Origin: Candidatus Woesearchaeota archaeon
GTDB taxonomy: Archaea; Nanobdellota; Nanobdellia; Pacearchaeales; GW2011-AR1
NCBI GenBank assembly: GCA_964360755.1
Contig: CAYHYE010000002.1
Location: 1 to 46,342, forward strand
DNA: 46,342 bases
Direction of reading: 5' to 3'
Shown: piece after piece, positions 8,208 to 17,012 of the stretch
Position numbering within the stretch: the first letter of the stretch is position 1
Layout: each line of letters opens with the position of its first letter
Notes under the pieces: model-generated
What the model was told of the DNA's origin: nothing
The model's input: the letters and a program-made list of their open reading frames with translations, nothing else
Database searches by the model: none
Position numbers and translations under genes: made by a program

Positions 8208-8552
8208 ATGGCAAGAGTAAAAGAAAGAATAGATAGTAGAAAAAATGAAATTTTAGAAGGAACTATAAATCCTAGGGGCAGAAGATTTGAAGGTACTGTA
8301 ATAAAGAAATTTGATAAGAGGGTTGTAATTGAATTTGAAAGAGTTAAATTTGTAAGGAAATATGAAAGGTATGCTAAAACAAAAACTAGAATGCATGCAA
8401 GGCTTCCTGAAAAATTAAAAAATGAAATTAATATTGGAGATTATATCCAAATTCAAGAATGTAGACCATTAAGTAAAATTTTACATCATATGGTTATTAA
8501 AAAAATTAGGAGTTCTAATATCAAATCAGTGATAAAAAATGAAAGCAATTAA
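8208..8552 (+). CDS. rps17: 30S ribosomal protein uS17
   Basis: GRRFEGTVIKK and IGDYIQIQECRPLSK motifs; positioned before L14. Confidence 0.92.
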   Translation: MARVKERIDSRKNEILEGTINPRGRRFEGTVIKKFDKRVVIEFERVKFVRKYERYAKTKTRMHARLPEKLKNEINIGDYIQIQECRPLSKILHHMVIKKIRSSNIKSVIKNESN

Positions 8553-8940
8553 TGCAAAAGCTACTAGGGGATTAAATATAGGAAGTTTAGTAATTGCAAC
8601 TGATAATAGCGGAGCAAATATAGTTAGAATTGTTTCTGTGAAGGGTGGTAAATCAGTTAAAAAAAGACAGCAATACGCAAAAATTTCTGATTTAGTAAAA
8701 GTTTCTGTTAGAAAAGGAAAACCAGATATGGTAGGACAAGTTTTTGAGGCAGTTATTGTAAGGCAAAGAAAAGTTTATAGAAGGAAGGATGGTGAAAGAA
8801 TTGCATTTAATGATAACGCTGTTGTATTATTAAAAGATGAAAAAGGAAATCCAAAAGGAACTCAAATTAAAGGGCCTATTGCCAAAGAAGTAATGGAGAG
8901 ATGGGTAAGTGTAGGAAAAATAGCGAGGATAATAGTTTAA
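8539..8940 (+). CDS. rpl14: 50S ribosomal protein uL14
   Basis: GLNIGSLVIATDNSGA N-terminus and GPIAKE C-terminal region; conserved position. Confidence 0.94.
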   Translation: MKAINAKATRGLNIGSLVIATDNSGANIVRIVSVKGGKSVKKRQQYAKISDLVKVSVRKGKPDMVGQVFEAVIVRQRKVYRRKDGERIAFNDNAVVLLKDEKGNPKGTQIKGPIAKEVMERWVSVGKIARIIV

Positions 8941-8941
8941 A

Positions 8942-9367
8942 ATGAAAAAGAAATTTTCACTTAAATGGAAATCGAGTAGTCAAATTAGAAAGCAAAGAAA
9001 ATATAGGACTAATGCTCCTTTGCATATAAAGAGCAATATGATGAAATCACATTTAAGTAAAGAGCTTAGAAAAAAATACAATCTTAGGAGTATAAGGATA
9101 AGGAAAGGAGATGAAGTGAAGGTTTTTAAAGGCAGTTTCAAGAGAAAAACTGGAAAAATTTCAAATATTAACATTAAAAGACAAAGACTGACAATTGAGG
9201 GAATTCAAAGAAAAAAGAAAGATGGAACTAAACTTGAAGTTTATTTTGATCCTTCGAATTTAATGGCAATATCTTTAAATACTGATGATAAAAAACGATT
9301 TAAAAATAAAGAAAAATCTAAAATAGTGGTAAAAGAAAATGCACCAAAAAAGACTATCGATGAATAA
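8942..9367 (+). CDS. rpl24: 50S ribosomal protein uL24
   Basis: KOW motif IRKGDEVKVFKGSFKRKTGKI; conserved position. Confidence 0.9.
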   Translation: MKKKFSLKWKSSSQIRKQRKYRTNAPLHIKSNMMKSHLSKELRKKYNLRSIRIRKGDEVKVFKGSFKRKTGKISNINIKRQRLTIEGIQRKKKDGTKLEVYFDPSNLMAISLNTDDKKRFKNKEKSKIVVKENAPKKTIDE

Positions 9368-9980
9368 ACTTTGGCCAATACCAAAGAAAGGGAAAAAATT
9401 TGTAGTTGTACCGAGAAATAATGGGAAACTTGGAATTCCAGTTTTAGTTGCTATGAGAGATATATTAAAACATGTTGAAACTAGAAAAGAATTAAAAAAA
9501 GTACTTTTAGAAGGGAAAATAGAAGTTAATGGTTATCCAATAAAGGATGAAAGATATTCATTAGTTTTATTTGACTCGTTATCAATACCAGTATTAAATA
9601 AGTACTATAAAGTTTCTTTGTCAAAATCTGGAAAAATTATATTTGAAGAATCTAACGAAAAAGAAGCTAATAGGAAAATAACTAAAGTAGTTAATAAAAA
9701 ATTGCTTTCTGAAAATAAGATGCAATTTAACATGATTGATGGTATAAATATCATATCTAAAGAAAAAATTAATATTTGTGATTCAGTAATTATTAATTTA
9801 AAAGATAAGAAAATTGAAAAGATACTACCAATAAAAGAAAAGTCTGAAATAATTATTATTAAAGGAAAGCATTTGGGCCATAAAGGCAAGGTTTTAAAAA
9901 TTTCTAATGGTATCGTCAAAATCTCTTTAGATAGTGGCGAGGTTAATCTAAATAAAGACGCTATTATGGTACTAGATTAA
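9339..9980 (+). CDS. rps4e: 30S ribosomal protein eS4
   Basis: HQKRLSMNKLWPIPKKG N-terminus matches the eS4 HLKRL..P..WPI.RK signature. KOW-like IIIKGKHLGHKGKV. 29-nt overlap with rpl24. Confidence 0.9.
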   Translation: MHQKRLSMNKLWPIPKKGKKFVVVPRNNGKLGIPVLVAMRDILKHVETRKELKKVLLEGKIEVNGYPIKDERYSLVLFDSLSIPVLNKYYKVSLSKSGKIIFEESNEKEANRKITKVVNKKLLSENKMQFNMIDGINIISKEKINICDSVIINLKDKKIEKILPIKEKSEIIIIKGKHLGHKGKVLKISNGIVKISLDSGEVNLNKDAIMVLD

Positions 9981-10493
9981 ATGGAAGATAAAAAAGATAA
10001 TGAAATGAGAGAAGTAAAAATTGAAAGAGTTGTTGTTTCATTTTCTGGGGTAAAGGAGACTTTAGATAAGGGAATTAAACTTCTTGAAAAAATTACTAAA
10101 AAGAAAGCCTCTAAAAGAAAAACTAGTAAAAGAATTCCTGAATTTGGTATAAGACCTGGACTGGAAGTTGGATGTATAGTTACTATAAGAGGAGAAGAAG
10201 CTGAAAGATTATTAGGAAAATTGTTGGCTGCAATTAATAATAAATTAGATAAAAAACAAATTGTAAATAATCATTTCTCATTTGGTATAGAAGAGTATAT
10301 TGAAATTCCTGGTGAGGAATATGATAGGGAAATTGGAATTACTGGATTTAAAGTAAGTGTAGTTTTTAAAAGAAAGGGAAAAAGAGTTAAAAAAAAGAAA
10401 ATAAAATACAGCAAACTTCCTAAAAAACAGGAGGTTACAAAAGACGAAATAATTGATTATATGATAAATAAATTTGAAACTGAAATTGAATAA
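9981..10493 (+). CDS. rpl5: 50S ribosomal protein uL5
   Basis: IERVVVSFSG, EFGIRPG and FSFGIEEYIE motifs; conserved position. Confidence 0.92.
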   Translation: MEDKKDNEMREVKIERVVVSFSGVKETLDKGIKLLEKITKKKASKRKTSKRIPEFGIRPGLEVGCIVTIRGEEAERLLGKLLAAINNKLDKKQIVNNHFSFGIEEYIEIPGEEYDREIGITGFKVSVVFKRKGKRVKKKKIKYSKLPKKQEVTKDEIIDYMINKFETEIE

Positions 10494-10494
10494 A

Positions 10495-10725
10495 ATGACA
10501 GCAAGTGATTGGAGAAAACTTTATAAACAATTGAAGAACAAGCCAGCTATAGCTAGAAAATTCTTAAAGCATAATAAGCCAAAAGATAGGAAATTTGGAA
10601 TCGCAAAGAAGAAATGTGGAAGATGTGGAAGATATGGGGCTATGGTTGGACAATATAAATTAAATTATTGTAGACAATGTTTTAGAGATATAGCGGAGGA
10701 AATAGGATTTAAAAAATATAGTTAA
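10495..10725 (+). CDS. rps14: 30S ribosomal protein uS14 (zinc-ribbon type)
   Basis: CGRCGR...CRQCFR zinc ribbon and GFKKYS C-terminus. I use ATG 10495, just after the rpl5 stop, instead of the track's 10474. Confidence 0.9.
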   Translation: MTASDWRKLYKQLKNKPAIARKFLKHNKPKDRKFGIAKKKCGRCGRYGAMVGQYKLNYCRQCFRDIAEEIGFKKYS

Positions 10726-10726
10726 A

Positions 10727-11101
10727 ATGTCACATGATGTAATTGCTGATGGTTTGAATAACATAATGAATGCTAAAAGGTCTAGAAAAGATTCTTTAGT
10801 TTTAACTAGATATTCTAAATTGTTTATTGGTATTTTGGAGATTGCAAAAAACCTAGGATATATTGAAAATTATAATTTACACGAAAAAAAATTAATAATA
10901 AAATTTGGAAAATTTATGAAATGCGGTGCTATAAAACCAAGATTTAATGTTTCAGTTAATAATATTGAAAAATATATGAAGCGCTATCTTCCAGGAAGAG
11001 GAATAGGAGTAATAATAATTTCAACTAATAAAGGACTTGTTACACATATTGAAGCTATTGAAAAAAATTTTGGAGGGGCTCTTATAGCTTATTTCTATTA
11101 A
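10727..11101 (+). CDS. rps8: 30S ribosomal protein uS8
   Basis: DVIADGLNNIMNAKRSRK N-terminus and GGALIAYFY C-terminus; conserved position. Confidence 0.93.
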   Translation: MSHDVIADGLNNIMNAKRSRKDSLVLTRYSKLFIGILEIAKNLGYIENYNLHEKKLIIKFGKFMKCGAIKPRFNVSVNNIEKYMKRYLPGRGIGVIIISTNKGLVTHIEAIEKNFGGALIAYFY

Positions 11102-11102
11102 A

Positions 11103-11651
11103 ATGAAACAAAAAATAGTTGAAAAAATTTTAATTCCAGAAGACATAGAATTAAATGTTGAAAACAATAAAGTAACTTTAAAATTTGATAATAGAGAAAA
11201 TTCTCGCAGATTCAACTTCTATGGAGTTGAATTACGAAAAGAAGACAATGAAATTTTAGTTGAATCTAAAAAATCTAATAAAAAAGAGTTAAAGATTATT
11301 TTTTCAACAATCGCCCATATAAAAAATATGATCAGGGGTTTAAAAGAAAGTTTTGAATATAAACTTGAAATAGCATTTGTACATTTTCCAATTAATGTAG
11401 AATATGATAAAACAAATAATAAATTAATAATAAAAAATTTTCTTGGTGAGAAAAAAAATAGAATTGCAGAAATATATTCAGATGTTGATTTAGAGATAAA
11501 TAAAAATATAATTTCATTAAAATCATACAATATAGAATCTGCTGGACAAACTGCAGCAAACATTGAGAAAGCTACACATGTAAAAAATAGGGATAGGAGA
11601 AAATTCCAAGATGGTATTTACATAATTAAAAAACCTAAAGGAGAAATATAA
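11103..11651 (+). CDS. rpl6: 50S ribosomal protein uL6
   Basis: 182 aa with two-repeat uL6 architecture; position S8-L6-L32e. Confidence 0.88.
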   Translation: MKQKIVEKILIPEDIELNVENNKVTLKFDNRENSRRFNFYGVELRKEDNEILVESKKSNKKELKIIFSTIAHIKNMIRGLKESFEYKLEIAFVHFPINVEYDKTNNKLIIKNFLGEKKNRIAEIYSDVDLEINKNIISLKSYNIESAGQTAANIEKATHVKNRDRRKFQDGIYIIKKPKGEI

Positions 11652-12016
11652 TGGATAAGAAATTTTTAAGAAGAAATACAGACAGATATTTGCGTTTGGG
11701 ACGTAGAAGAAAGAAGCTACAAAGATGGCGTCGACCAAGAGGAAAGGATAACAAAATGAGACTTAAAGAGAAAGGTAGACCAAGCATTGTCAAAATAGGT
11801 TATAAACAAGCTAGTAGTACTAGGGGAAAAATTAATGGAAAGAATATAAATTTGATTAAAAACTTAAATGATTTAAAAAATTTACAAAATGGCTCTTTAA
11901 TTGTTCTTGGAAGATTTGGAAAAAAGAAAAAGCTAGAAATATTTAAAATAATTAAAGAAAAGAATTTGACATTAGTAAATTTTTCAAATAAACATAAATT
12001 AAATGGGGATAAATAA
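11651..12016 (+). CDS. rpl32e: 50S ribosomal protein eL32
   Basis: WRRPRGKDNKMR motif; an archaeal/eukaryotic-only protein in its canonical slot. Confidence 0.92.
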   Translation: MDKKFLRRNTDRYLRLGRRRKKLQRWRRPRGKDNKMRLKEKGRPSIVKIGYKQASSTRGKINGKNINLIKNLNDLKNLQNGSLIVLGRFGKKKKLEIFKIIKEKNLTLVNFSNKHKLNGDK

Positions 12017-12426
12017 TGAAACTAGATCTAAAAAAAATATTGGCTGCTAAAACACTTAATGTTGGAAAGGAAAGAATTATTTTTAATAACTATAGATTAG
12101 ACGAGATTAAAGAAGCAATAACAAGGCAAGACATAAAAGATCTTTTTAAAAGTGGAGCTATAATAATTAAAGAAATAAAAGGTAGAAGGAAAAACATTAA
12201 AAGAAAAAATAAAAGAGGACATGGAAAAATTAAAAAGAGAGTTAAGGACAAAAAAAAGGAATATGTTAAAATTACAAGAAAATTAAGAAGTTATTTGAAA
12301 GAATTAAAAAAACAAAATAAAATAACTAAAGATAAATATTATGAAATAAGGAGTTATGTAAAGAATAGGAAATTTAAAAATAAAAAAAGTCTTAAGGAGT
12401 ACCTTCAACAATATAATCAAAAATGA
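12016..12426 (+). CDS. rpl19e: 50S ribosomal protein eL19
   Basis: LKKILAAKTLNVGKERI N-terminus and a very basic body; canonical slot. Confidence 0.92.
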   Translation: MKLDLKKILAAKTLNVGKERIIFNNYRLDEIKEAITRQDIKDLFKSGAIIIKEIKGRRKNIKRKNKRGHGKIKKRVKDKKKEYVKITRKLRSYLKELKKQNKITKDKYYEIRSYVKNRKFKNKKSLKEYLQQYNQK

Positions 12427-12926
12427 AAACTTTAAATAAAAGAAAAAGACAAAGAAAAACGAATTATAGAAAGAGATTTAAACTTTTGAAGGCAGGACTT
12501 TCTAGGGTTGTTATACGTAAAACAAATAAATATATCAATATACAATTTGTTTCTTCATATGAGGCTAAGGACAAAGTAATTATTGGAGTTTCTTCAATAG
12601 ATTTATTAAAATATGGTTGGCCAAAAGAAAAGAAAGGTTCTTTAAAATCAATTCCAGCTTCCTATCTTACAGGATATTTAGCTGGCAAAAAAACATTAAA
12701 TGGGAAACGTGACAAATTTATTTTAGATATAGGATTACAGAGAAATGTGCATGGGGGAAGAATTTATGCTGCTCTTAAAGGTGTTATAGACTCTGGTGTT
12801 AATATAGCTTATAATAAAGATGTATTTCCTAGTGACGAGAGAATAAAGGGCAAACATTTAAATTATCAATTTGAGAAAGAATTTCAATTAATTTTAAATT
12901 CATTAGAAAAAATTAAAAAAATATAA
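12423..12926 (+). CDS. rpl18: 50S ribosomal protein uL18
   Basis: RKRQRKTNYRKR...RKTNKYINIQFV motif; ATGA overlap with rpl19e. Confidence 0.92.
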   Translation: MKTLNKRKRQRKTNYRKRFKLLKAGLSRVVIRKTNKYINIQFVSSYEAKDKVIIGVSSIDLLKYGWPKEKKGSLKSIPASYLTGYLAGKKTLNGKRDKFILDIGLQRNVHGGRIYAALKGVIDSGVNIAYNKDVFPSDERIKGKHLNYQFEKEFQLILNSLEKIKKI

Positions 12927-12932
12927 AATAAA

Positions 12933-13679
12933 ATGGTAGAACAAAAGAAAGAAGTTGAGGAATTAGAGAAAGATTCTGTAGAAGACATAGTTAAAAGTAT
13001 GGATGAACTTAAAACTAAATCAAAAAAAACTGAAGTAGAAATTTTTGAAGAGCAGTTGAAAGTATGGAACCCTAAAACAAAGCTTGGAATAGCAGTTAAA
13101 ACTGGAAAAATAAAAGATTTAGATGAGATATTGGATAATAATATAAAAATTCTTGAACCTGAAGTTGTTGATTCATTAACAAAAATTGAAAGTGACTTGT
13201 TATTATCTGGACAAGCGAAAGGAAAATTTGGCGGTGGTAAAAGACGTGCATGGAGACAATCTCAAAAGAAAACGGAAGAAGGAAATATAGTTACATTTTC
13301 TGCTTTAGTTGTAATAGGAGATAAAAATGGACATGTAGGAATAGGTTTAGGAAAAGCAAAAGAAACTCTTCCTGCAAGAGAAAAAGCCTTAAGAAAAGCG
13401 AAATTAAATATTATTAAGGTAAATCGTGGAAGTGGGAGTTTTGAAGGAAGTTCTAAGGAACCCCATAGCATTCCATTTAAAGTAGAAGGAAAATGTGGGA
13501 GTGTTAGTATTAAATTAATACCAGCCCCACAAGGAACTGGTTTAGTAATAGGAAATGAAGGAAAAAAAATTTTAAGGTTAGCTGGAATTAAAGATATTTA
13601 TAGTAAATCATTTGGACAGACAAGAACCACAATAAATTATGCTAAGGCTATAATTTTTGCCTTGAAAAAATTAAAATGA
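12933..13679 (+). CDS. rps5: 30S ribosomal protein uS5
   Basis: GGGKRRAWRQ and VVIGDKNGHVGIGLGKAKE motifs; conserved position. Confidence 0.93.
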   Translation: MVEQKKEVEELEKDSVEDIVKSMDELKTKSKKTEVEIFEEQLKVWNPKTKLGIAVKTGKIKDLDEILDNNIKILEPEVVDSLTKIESDLLLSGQAKGKFGGGKRRAWRQSQKKTEEGNIVTFSALVVIGDKNGHVGIGLGKAKETLPAREKALRKAKLNIIKVNRGSGSFEGSSKEPHSIPFKVEGKCGSVSIKLIPAPQGTGLVIGNEGKKILRLAGIKDIYSKSFGQTRTTINYAKAIIFALKKLK

Positions 13680-14098
13680 TAGCTATTATAAGAATATCTG
13701 GTATAGTTAATAGAAAAGAAGAAATAGAGAATACTTTAAATAGGTTAAGGTTAAGGAGAAAATATTCTTGTGTTGTATTAGATAAAACCAAAGAAATAAT
13801 GGGGATGGTAGAAAAAGTTAGGAGTAATGTGGCTTATGGAGAGATTAACGAAAAAACCCTTGAAGAATTAGTTGAAAAAAGAGCAAAACCATTGTCTTTG
13901 ATTAATTCAAAAAAAATTGATACTAAAAAAATTGTTAAAGAAATACTGGATAAAAAAACAGTGGAAAGTCTTGAAATAAAACCATTTTTTAGATTACATC
14001 CACCATTAAAAGGGATTAATACTAAACAACATTTTCCAAAAGGAGTTTTAGGAGATAATAAGGATAAAATAAATAATTTAATTTTGAGGATGTTATAA
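13676..14098 (+). CDS. rpl30: 50S ribosomal protein uL30
   Basis: IAIIRISG...LNRLRLRRKYS motif; ATGA overlap with rps5. Confidence 0.9.
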   Translation: MIAIIRISGIVNRKEEIENTLNRLRLRRKYSCVVLDKTKEIMGMVEKVRSNVAYGEINEKTLEELVEKRAKPLSLINSKKIDTKKIVKEILDKKTVESLEIKPFFRLHPPLKGINTKQHFPKGVLGDNKDKINNLILRML

Positions 14099-14148
14099 AT
14101 AAAACTTTTAAAAGAAATTTTAGATCAAAATAATAAAAAAATAGAAAA

Positions 14149-14589
14149 ATGAACATAAGAAAAAAACGAAAAAAAGTTTCTAGAATGCGAGGAAGTAAGA
14201 CTCATGGAATTGGATTTATGAAAAAGGGACGAGGTTCTGGACATAGGGGTGGAAAAGGAATGGCTGGAACAGGAAAAAGAGCAGATCATAGAAAAACCCT
14301 TATATTAAATATGGAAGAAGAATATTTTGGAAAAGAAAGTTTAAAAGCAAAGCCTAAAAATTATACAATTATCAATGTTTCTGATTTAGAAAGACTTGCT
14401 GATGGAAAGAATGAATTAAACATTAATAAATATAAGATTCTTGGAAATGGAGAAATTAAAAGTGCTTTAATAATACATGCAAAAAGTGCTTCTAAGAAAG
14501 CAATTGTGAAAGTTGAGAAAGCAGGCGGAAAAATTTTATTTGATAATGGCAGACCTAACAAATTTAATGAAACATCTCCCAGAAGTTGA
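14149..14589 (+). CDS. rpl15: 50S ribosomal protein uL15
   Basis: MRGSKTHGIGFMKKGRGSGHRGGKGMAGTGKR glycine/basic N-terminus; positioned before secY. Confidence 0.92.
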   Translation: MNIRKKRKKVSRMRGSKTHGIGFMKKGRGSGHRGGKGMAGTGKRADHRKTLILNMEEEYFGKESLKAKPKNYTIINVSDLERLADGKNELNINKYKILGNGEIKSALIIHAKSASKKAIVKVEKAGGKILFDNGRPNKFNETSPRS

Positions 14590-15931
14590 ACGTCCAAAAG
14601 AAAAGCTAGGGTTTAAAGAAAAAGCTAAATGGACTTTAATTATTTTATCTGCATTTTTCATTCTTTCAAATATCTCTCTTTATGGATTAGGACCGAGTTT
14701 CCTTACAAGATTTGATCAGTTAGCTGTTCTTCTAGGAACTGATTTTGGAAGCATTATTTCTTTAGGAATAGGTCCTATTGTCACAGCTTCAATAATATTA
14801 CAATTATTAGTTGGAAGTAAAATACTTAATATTGATGTACATACATCAGAAGGAAAAAAATATTTTCAAGGTTTACAAAAACTATTAGTTTTATTTTTTA
14901 TATTGTTTGAATCAATAATTTTTGTTGTTATGGGGGGATTTTCTCCAGACTCTTCTTTAGGTAATTTAGGAATTTGGATTTTAACTATACAACTAATTCT
15001 TGGAGGACTAGCTATATTATTTATGGATGAAGTTATTCAGAAATGGGGATTTGGGTCTGGAATTAGCTTATTTATAGCAGCAGGAGTTTCTTTAAGTTTG
15101 TTTACTAGTTTATTTCAGTTCCTTGGCACTGAGGGAATTTCTGGAGGGTTTCAGCCAGTTGGAAGAATTTGGATTTTAATTACAAGTCTAATAAATAATA
15201 ATCTTATAGGAGCTGTAACAGCTGGTGCGGGGATTTTAGTAACAGCTATTATTTTCTTAATTGTTGTATGGACACAAAGTTTGAAAGTTGAAATTCCATT
15301 ATCCTATGATAGATTAAGAGGTTATGGAATTAAATGGCCACTTGCATTCTTTTATACCTCTGTTATACCAGTTATCTTAGTTTCAGCTTTAGCAGCAAAT
15401 GTGCAATTAGTTGGAGGATTATTGGAAAATTGGCTTGGAAGACCGACAATTCTTGGTGGTTTTAATCAAGGAGTGGCTATTAGCGGATTTGCTGCATGGG
15501 TTGGAGGAGTTGATTTGTTAAATGCTTTAATTACAAAAAGCTATACTAATTTTATGATAATTCAGTCAATTGGTCATATAATATTTTATGTTTTTTTTAG
15601 CATTTTATTCGGAGTCTTTTGGGTTAAAACTGCTGGAATGGATGCACAATCTCAAGCCAAAAATATTATGCAATCTGGTTTAACTATTCCAGGATTTAGA
15701 AAAGATGAAAGAATTTTAGAATCTGTATTAGATAGATATATTTTACCATTAACAATTATGGGAGGAGCTGCTATAGGATTATTAGCAAGCTTTTCAAACA
15801 TTGCTGGTACTTTCGTTGGGGGAACTTCTATATTACTAGTAATTATGATTACATTTCAATTGTACCAAAGCATTGCACAACAACATGCAAGCGATATACC
15901 TCATGCTTTAAAAAGATTCGTTAAGATTTAA
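14546..15931 (+). CDS. secY: preprotein translocase subunit SecY
   Basis: LPEVERPKEKLGFKEKAKWTL N-terminus typical of archaeal SecY, with about 10 TM segments. I use ATG 14546 (MADLTN...), so the gene overlaps the rpl15 tail by 44 nt. The track's 14513 start is less likely. Confidence 0.93.
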   Translation: MADLTNLMKHLPEVERPKEKLGFKEKAKWTLIILSAFFILSNISLYGLGPSFLTRFDQLAVLLGTDFGSIISLGIGPIVTASIILQLLVGSKILNIDVHTSEGKKYFQGLQKLLVLFFILFESIIFVVMGGFSPDSSLGNLGIWILTIQLILGGLAILFMDEVIQKWGFGSGISLFIAAGVSLSLFTSLFQFLGTEGISGGFQPVGRIWILITSLINNNLIGAVTAGAGILVTAIIFLIVVWTQSLKVEIPLSYDRLRGYGIKWPLAFFYTSVIPVILVSALAANVQLVGGLLENWLGRPTILGGFNQGVAISGFAAWVGGVDLLNALITKSYTNFMIIQSIGHIIFYVFFSILFGVFWVKTAGMDAQSQAKNIMQSGLTIPGFRKDERILESVLDRYILPLTIMGGAAIGLLASFSNIAGTFVGGTSILLVIMITFQLYQSIAQQHASDIPHALKRFVKI

Positions 15932-15955
15932 AAACGAACTTCTCTTAATAAATTT

Positions 15956-16507
15956 ATGACTAAGGAGACTAAGGAAAGCGGATTTGGTCTTATATTTATT
16001 GTTTTAATAGCTTCTATAGCTATAGCTTCTCTTTGGGATAAAGTACAGATAATTAGTGAAAGCATTCATTATATATTTGATCCTACAATAGGAAAGCTTC
16101 TTGATTGGAATTTAACAATAGGAATGACACTACTTGTGATTATTATTACAATTATTATGACCTTAGTTCAAAAATATGGAACTGATCAAGAAAAACTAAA
16201 AAGTCTAAAAGAAGAACAAAAAATTATGAATGAAGAAATGAAAAAATTTAAAGATAATCCTCAAAAAGTTCTTGAATTACAAAAAAAACAATTTGAATTT
16301 TTACCAATAATGATGAAGCATTCTATGAGACCTATTGTATATACAGGAATACCATTAATTTTATTATTTAGGTGGTTCATGGATTATTTTTCATCAGTTA
16401 GTTTAGAAGGGTTTAAATTTTTCGGATTTTTTAGTTGGTTTTGGTATTATTTAGTAGCTTCAATAATTTTTAGTATTATAATAAGAAAGATTTTTAATGT
16501 TCATTAA
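15956..16507 (+). CDS. DUF106 / EMC3-TMCO1-like membrane protein (archaeal YidC/Oxa1-like insertase candidate)
   Basis: 183 aa. TM1 is followed by a charged coiled-coil hairpin (KLKSLKEEQKIMNEEMKKFKDNPQKVLELQKKQ) and then two more TMs. It sits in the secY-(adk)-DUF106 neighbourhood known from other archaea, for example the M. jannaschii MJ0478-MJ0480 arrangement. Confidence 0.6.
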   Translation: MTKETKESGFGLIFIVLIASIAIASLWDKVQIISESIHYIFDPTIGKLLDWNLTIGMTLLVIIITIIMTLVQKYGTDQEKLKSLKEEQKIMNEEMKKFKDNPQKVLELQKKQFEFLPIMMKHSMRPIVYTGIPLILLFRWFMDYFSSVSLEGFKFFGFFSWFWYYLVASIIFSIIIRKIFNVH

Positions 16508-16518
16508 TATATAATAAT

Positions 16519-16531
16519 AAAGTTTTTAAAC
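16519..16531 (+). promoter_or_regulatory. putative BRE/TATA promoter of pfdA
   Basis: AAAGTTTTTAAAC is centred about 27 nt upstream of ATG 16552. Confidence 0.4.
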
Positions 16532-16551
16532 ATAAAACTTTCATCTAAAAT

Positions 16552-16968
16552 ATGGAACAGCAAGAGTATTTAATAAGATTGCAAATGCTTGAACAGCAAG
16601 CTAGTCAATTTGGAGAACAATTAAGAATAATAGATCAGCAGGTTTCCGAACTTGCTAATTTAAAGGAAGATATTATAAATTTAGAAAAAACAAATGAGGG
16701 TGAAATGTTCTCTGAAATTGGAAAAGGAATTTATATTAAAGGTAAGCTGGATAAAAAACAAATATTAGTTGATGTTGGAAATAAAATATTAATTCCTAAA
16801 AACAATAAAGAAATTCAATCAGTCATAGCTTATCAAATAAAAAAATTTGATGAAGTAAAAAAAGAAATTTCTAATAAAATTAATCAAATTAATAAAGATG
16901 TTGATTCTTTAATAAAAGAAGTAAAATACCCAAAGAAAAATGCTATTATAAAAAAGAGCAAAAAATAA
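16552..16968 (+). CDS. pfdA: prefoldin alpha subunit
   Basis: 138 aa. N- and C-terminal heptad coiled coils flank two beta-hairpin segments (EMFSEIGKGIYIKGKL and ILVDVGNKILIPKNNKE). This is the alpha-class architecture. Confidence 0.6.
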   Translation: MEQQEYLIRLQMLEQQASQFGEQLRIIDQQVSELANLKEDIINLEKTNEGEMFSEIGKGIYIKGKLDKKQILVDVGNKILIPKNNKEIQSVIAYQIKKFDEVKKEISNKINQINKDVDSLIKEVKYPKKNAIIKKSKK

Positions 16969-16980
16969 TTTTTACTAAAA

Positions 16981-16993
16981 ATCTTTATATATT
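16981..16993 (+). promoter_or_regulatory. putative TATA promoter of the SpoIIM-like gene
   Basis: ATCTTTATATATT is centred about 26 nt upstream of ATG 17013. Confidence 0.4.
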
Positions 16994-17012
16994 ATGTTCT
17001 TCTAGCTATTAA

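Noticed and set aside
14513-14589. The track's long N-terminal extensions and alternative starts: secY at 14513, rps14 at 10474, rpl29 at GTG 7678, flippase at TTG 21924, ORF at GTG 36563, and small ORF at TTG 32197.
   Set aside because: In each case a downstream ATG aligns better with the family N-terminus, with the upstream gene's stop codon, or with the conserved 24-29-nt promoter spacing. The longer forms are probably artefacts of taking the first permitted start codon.
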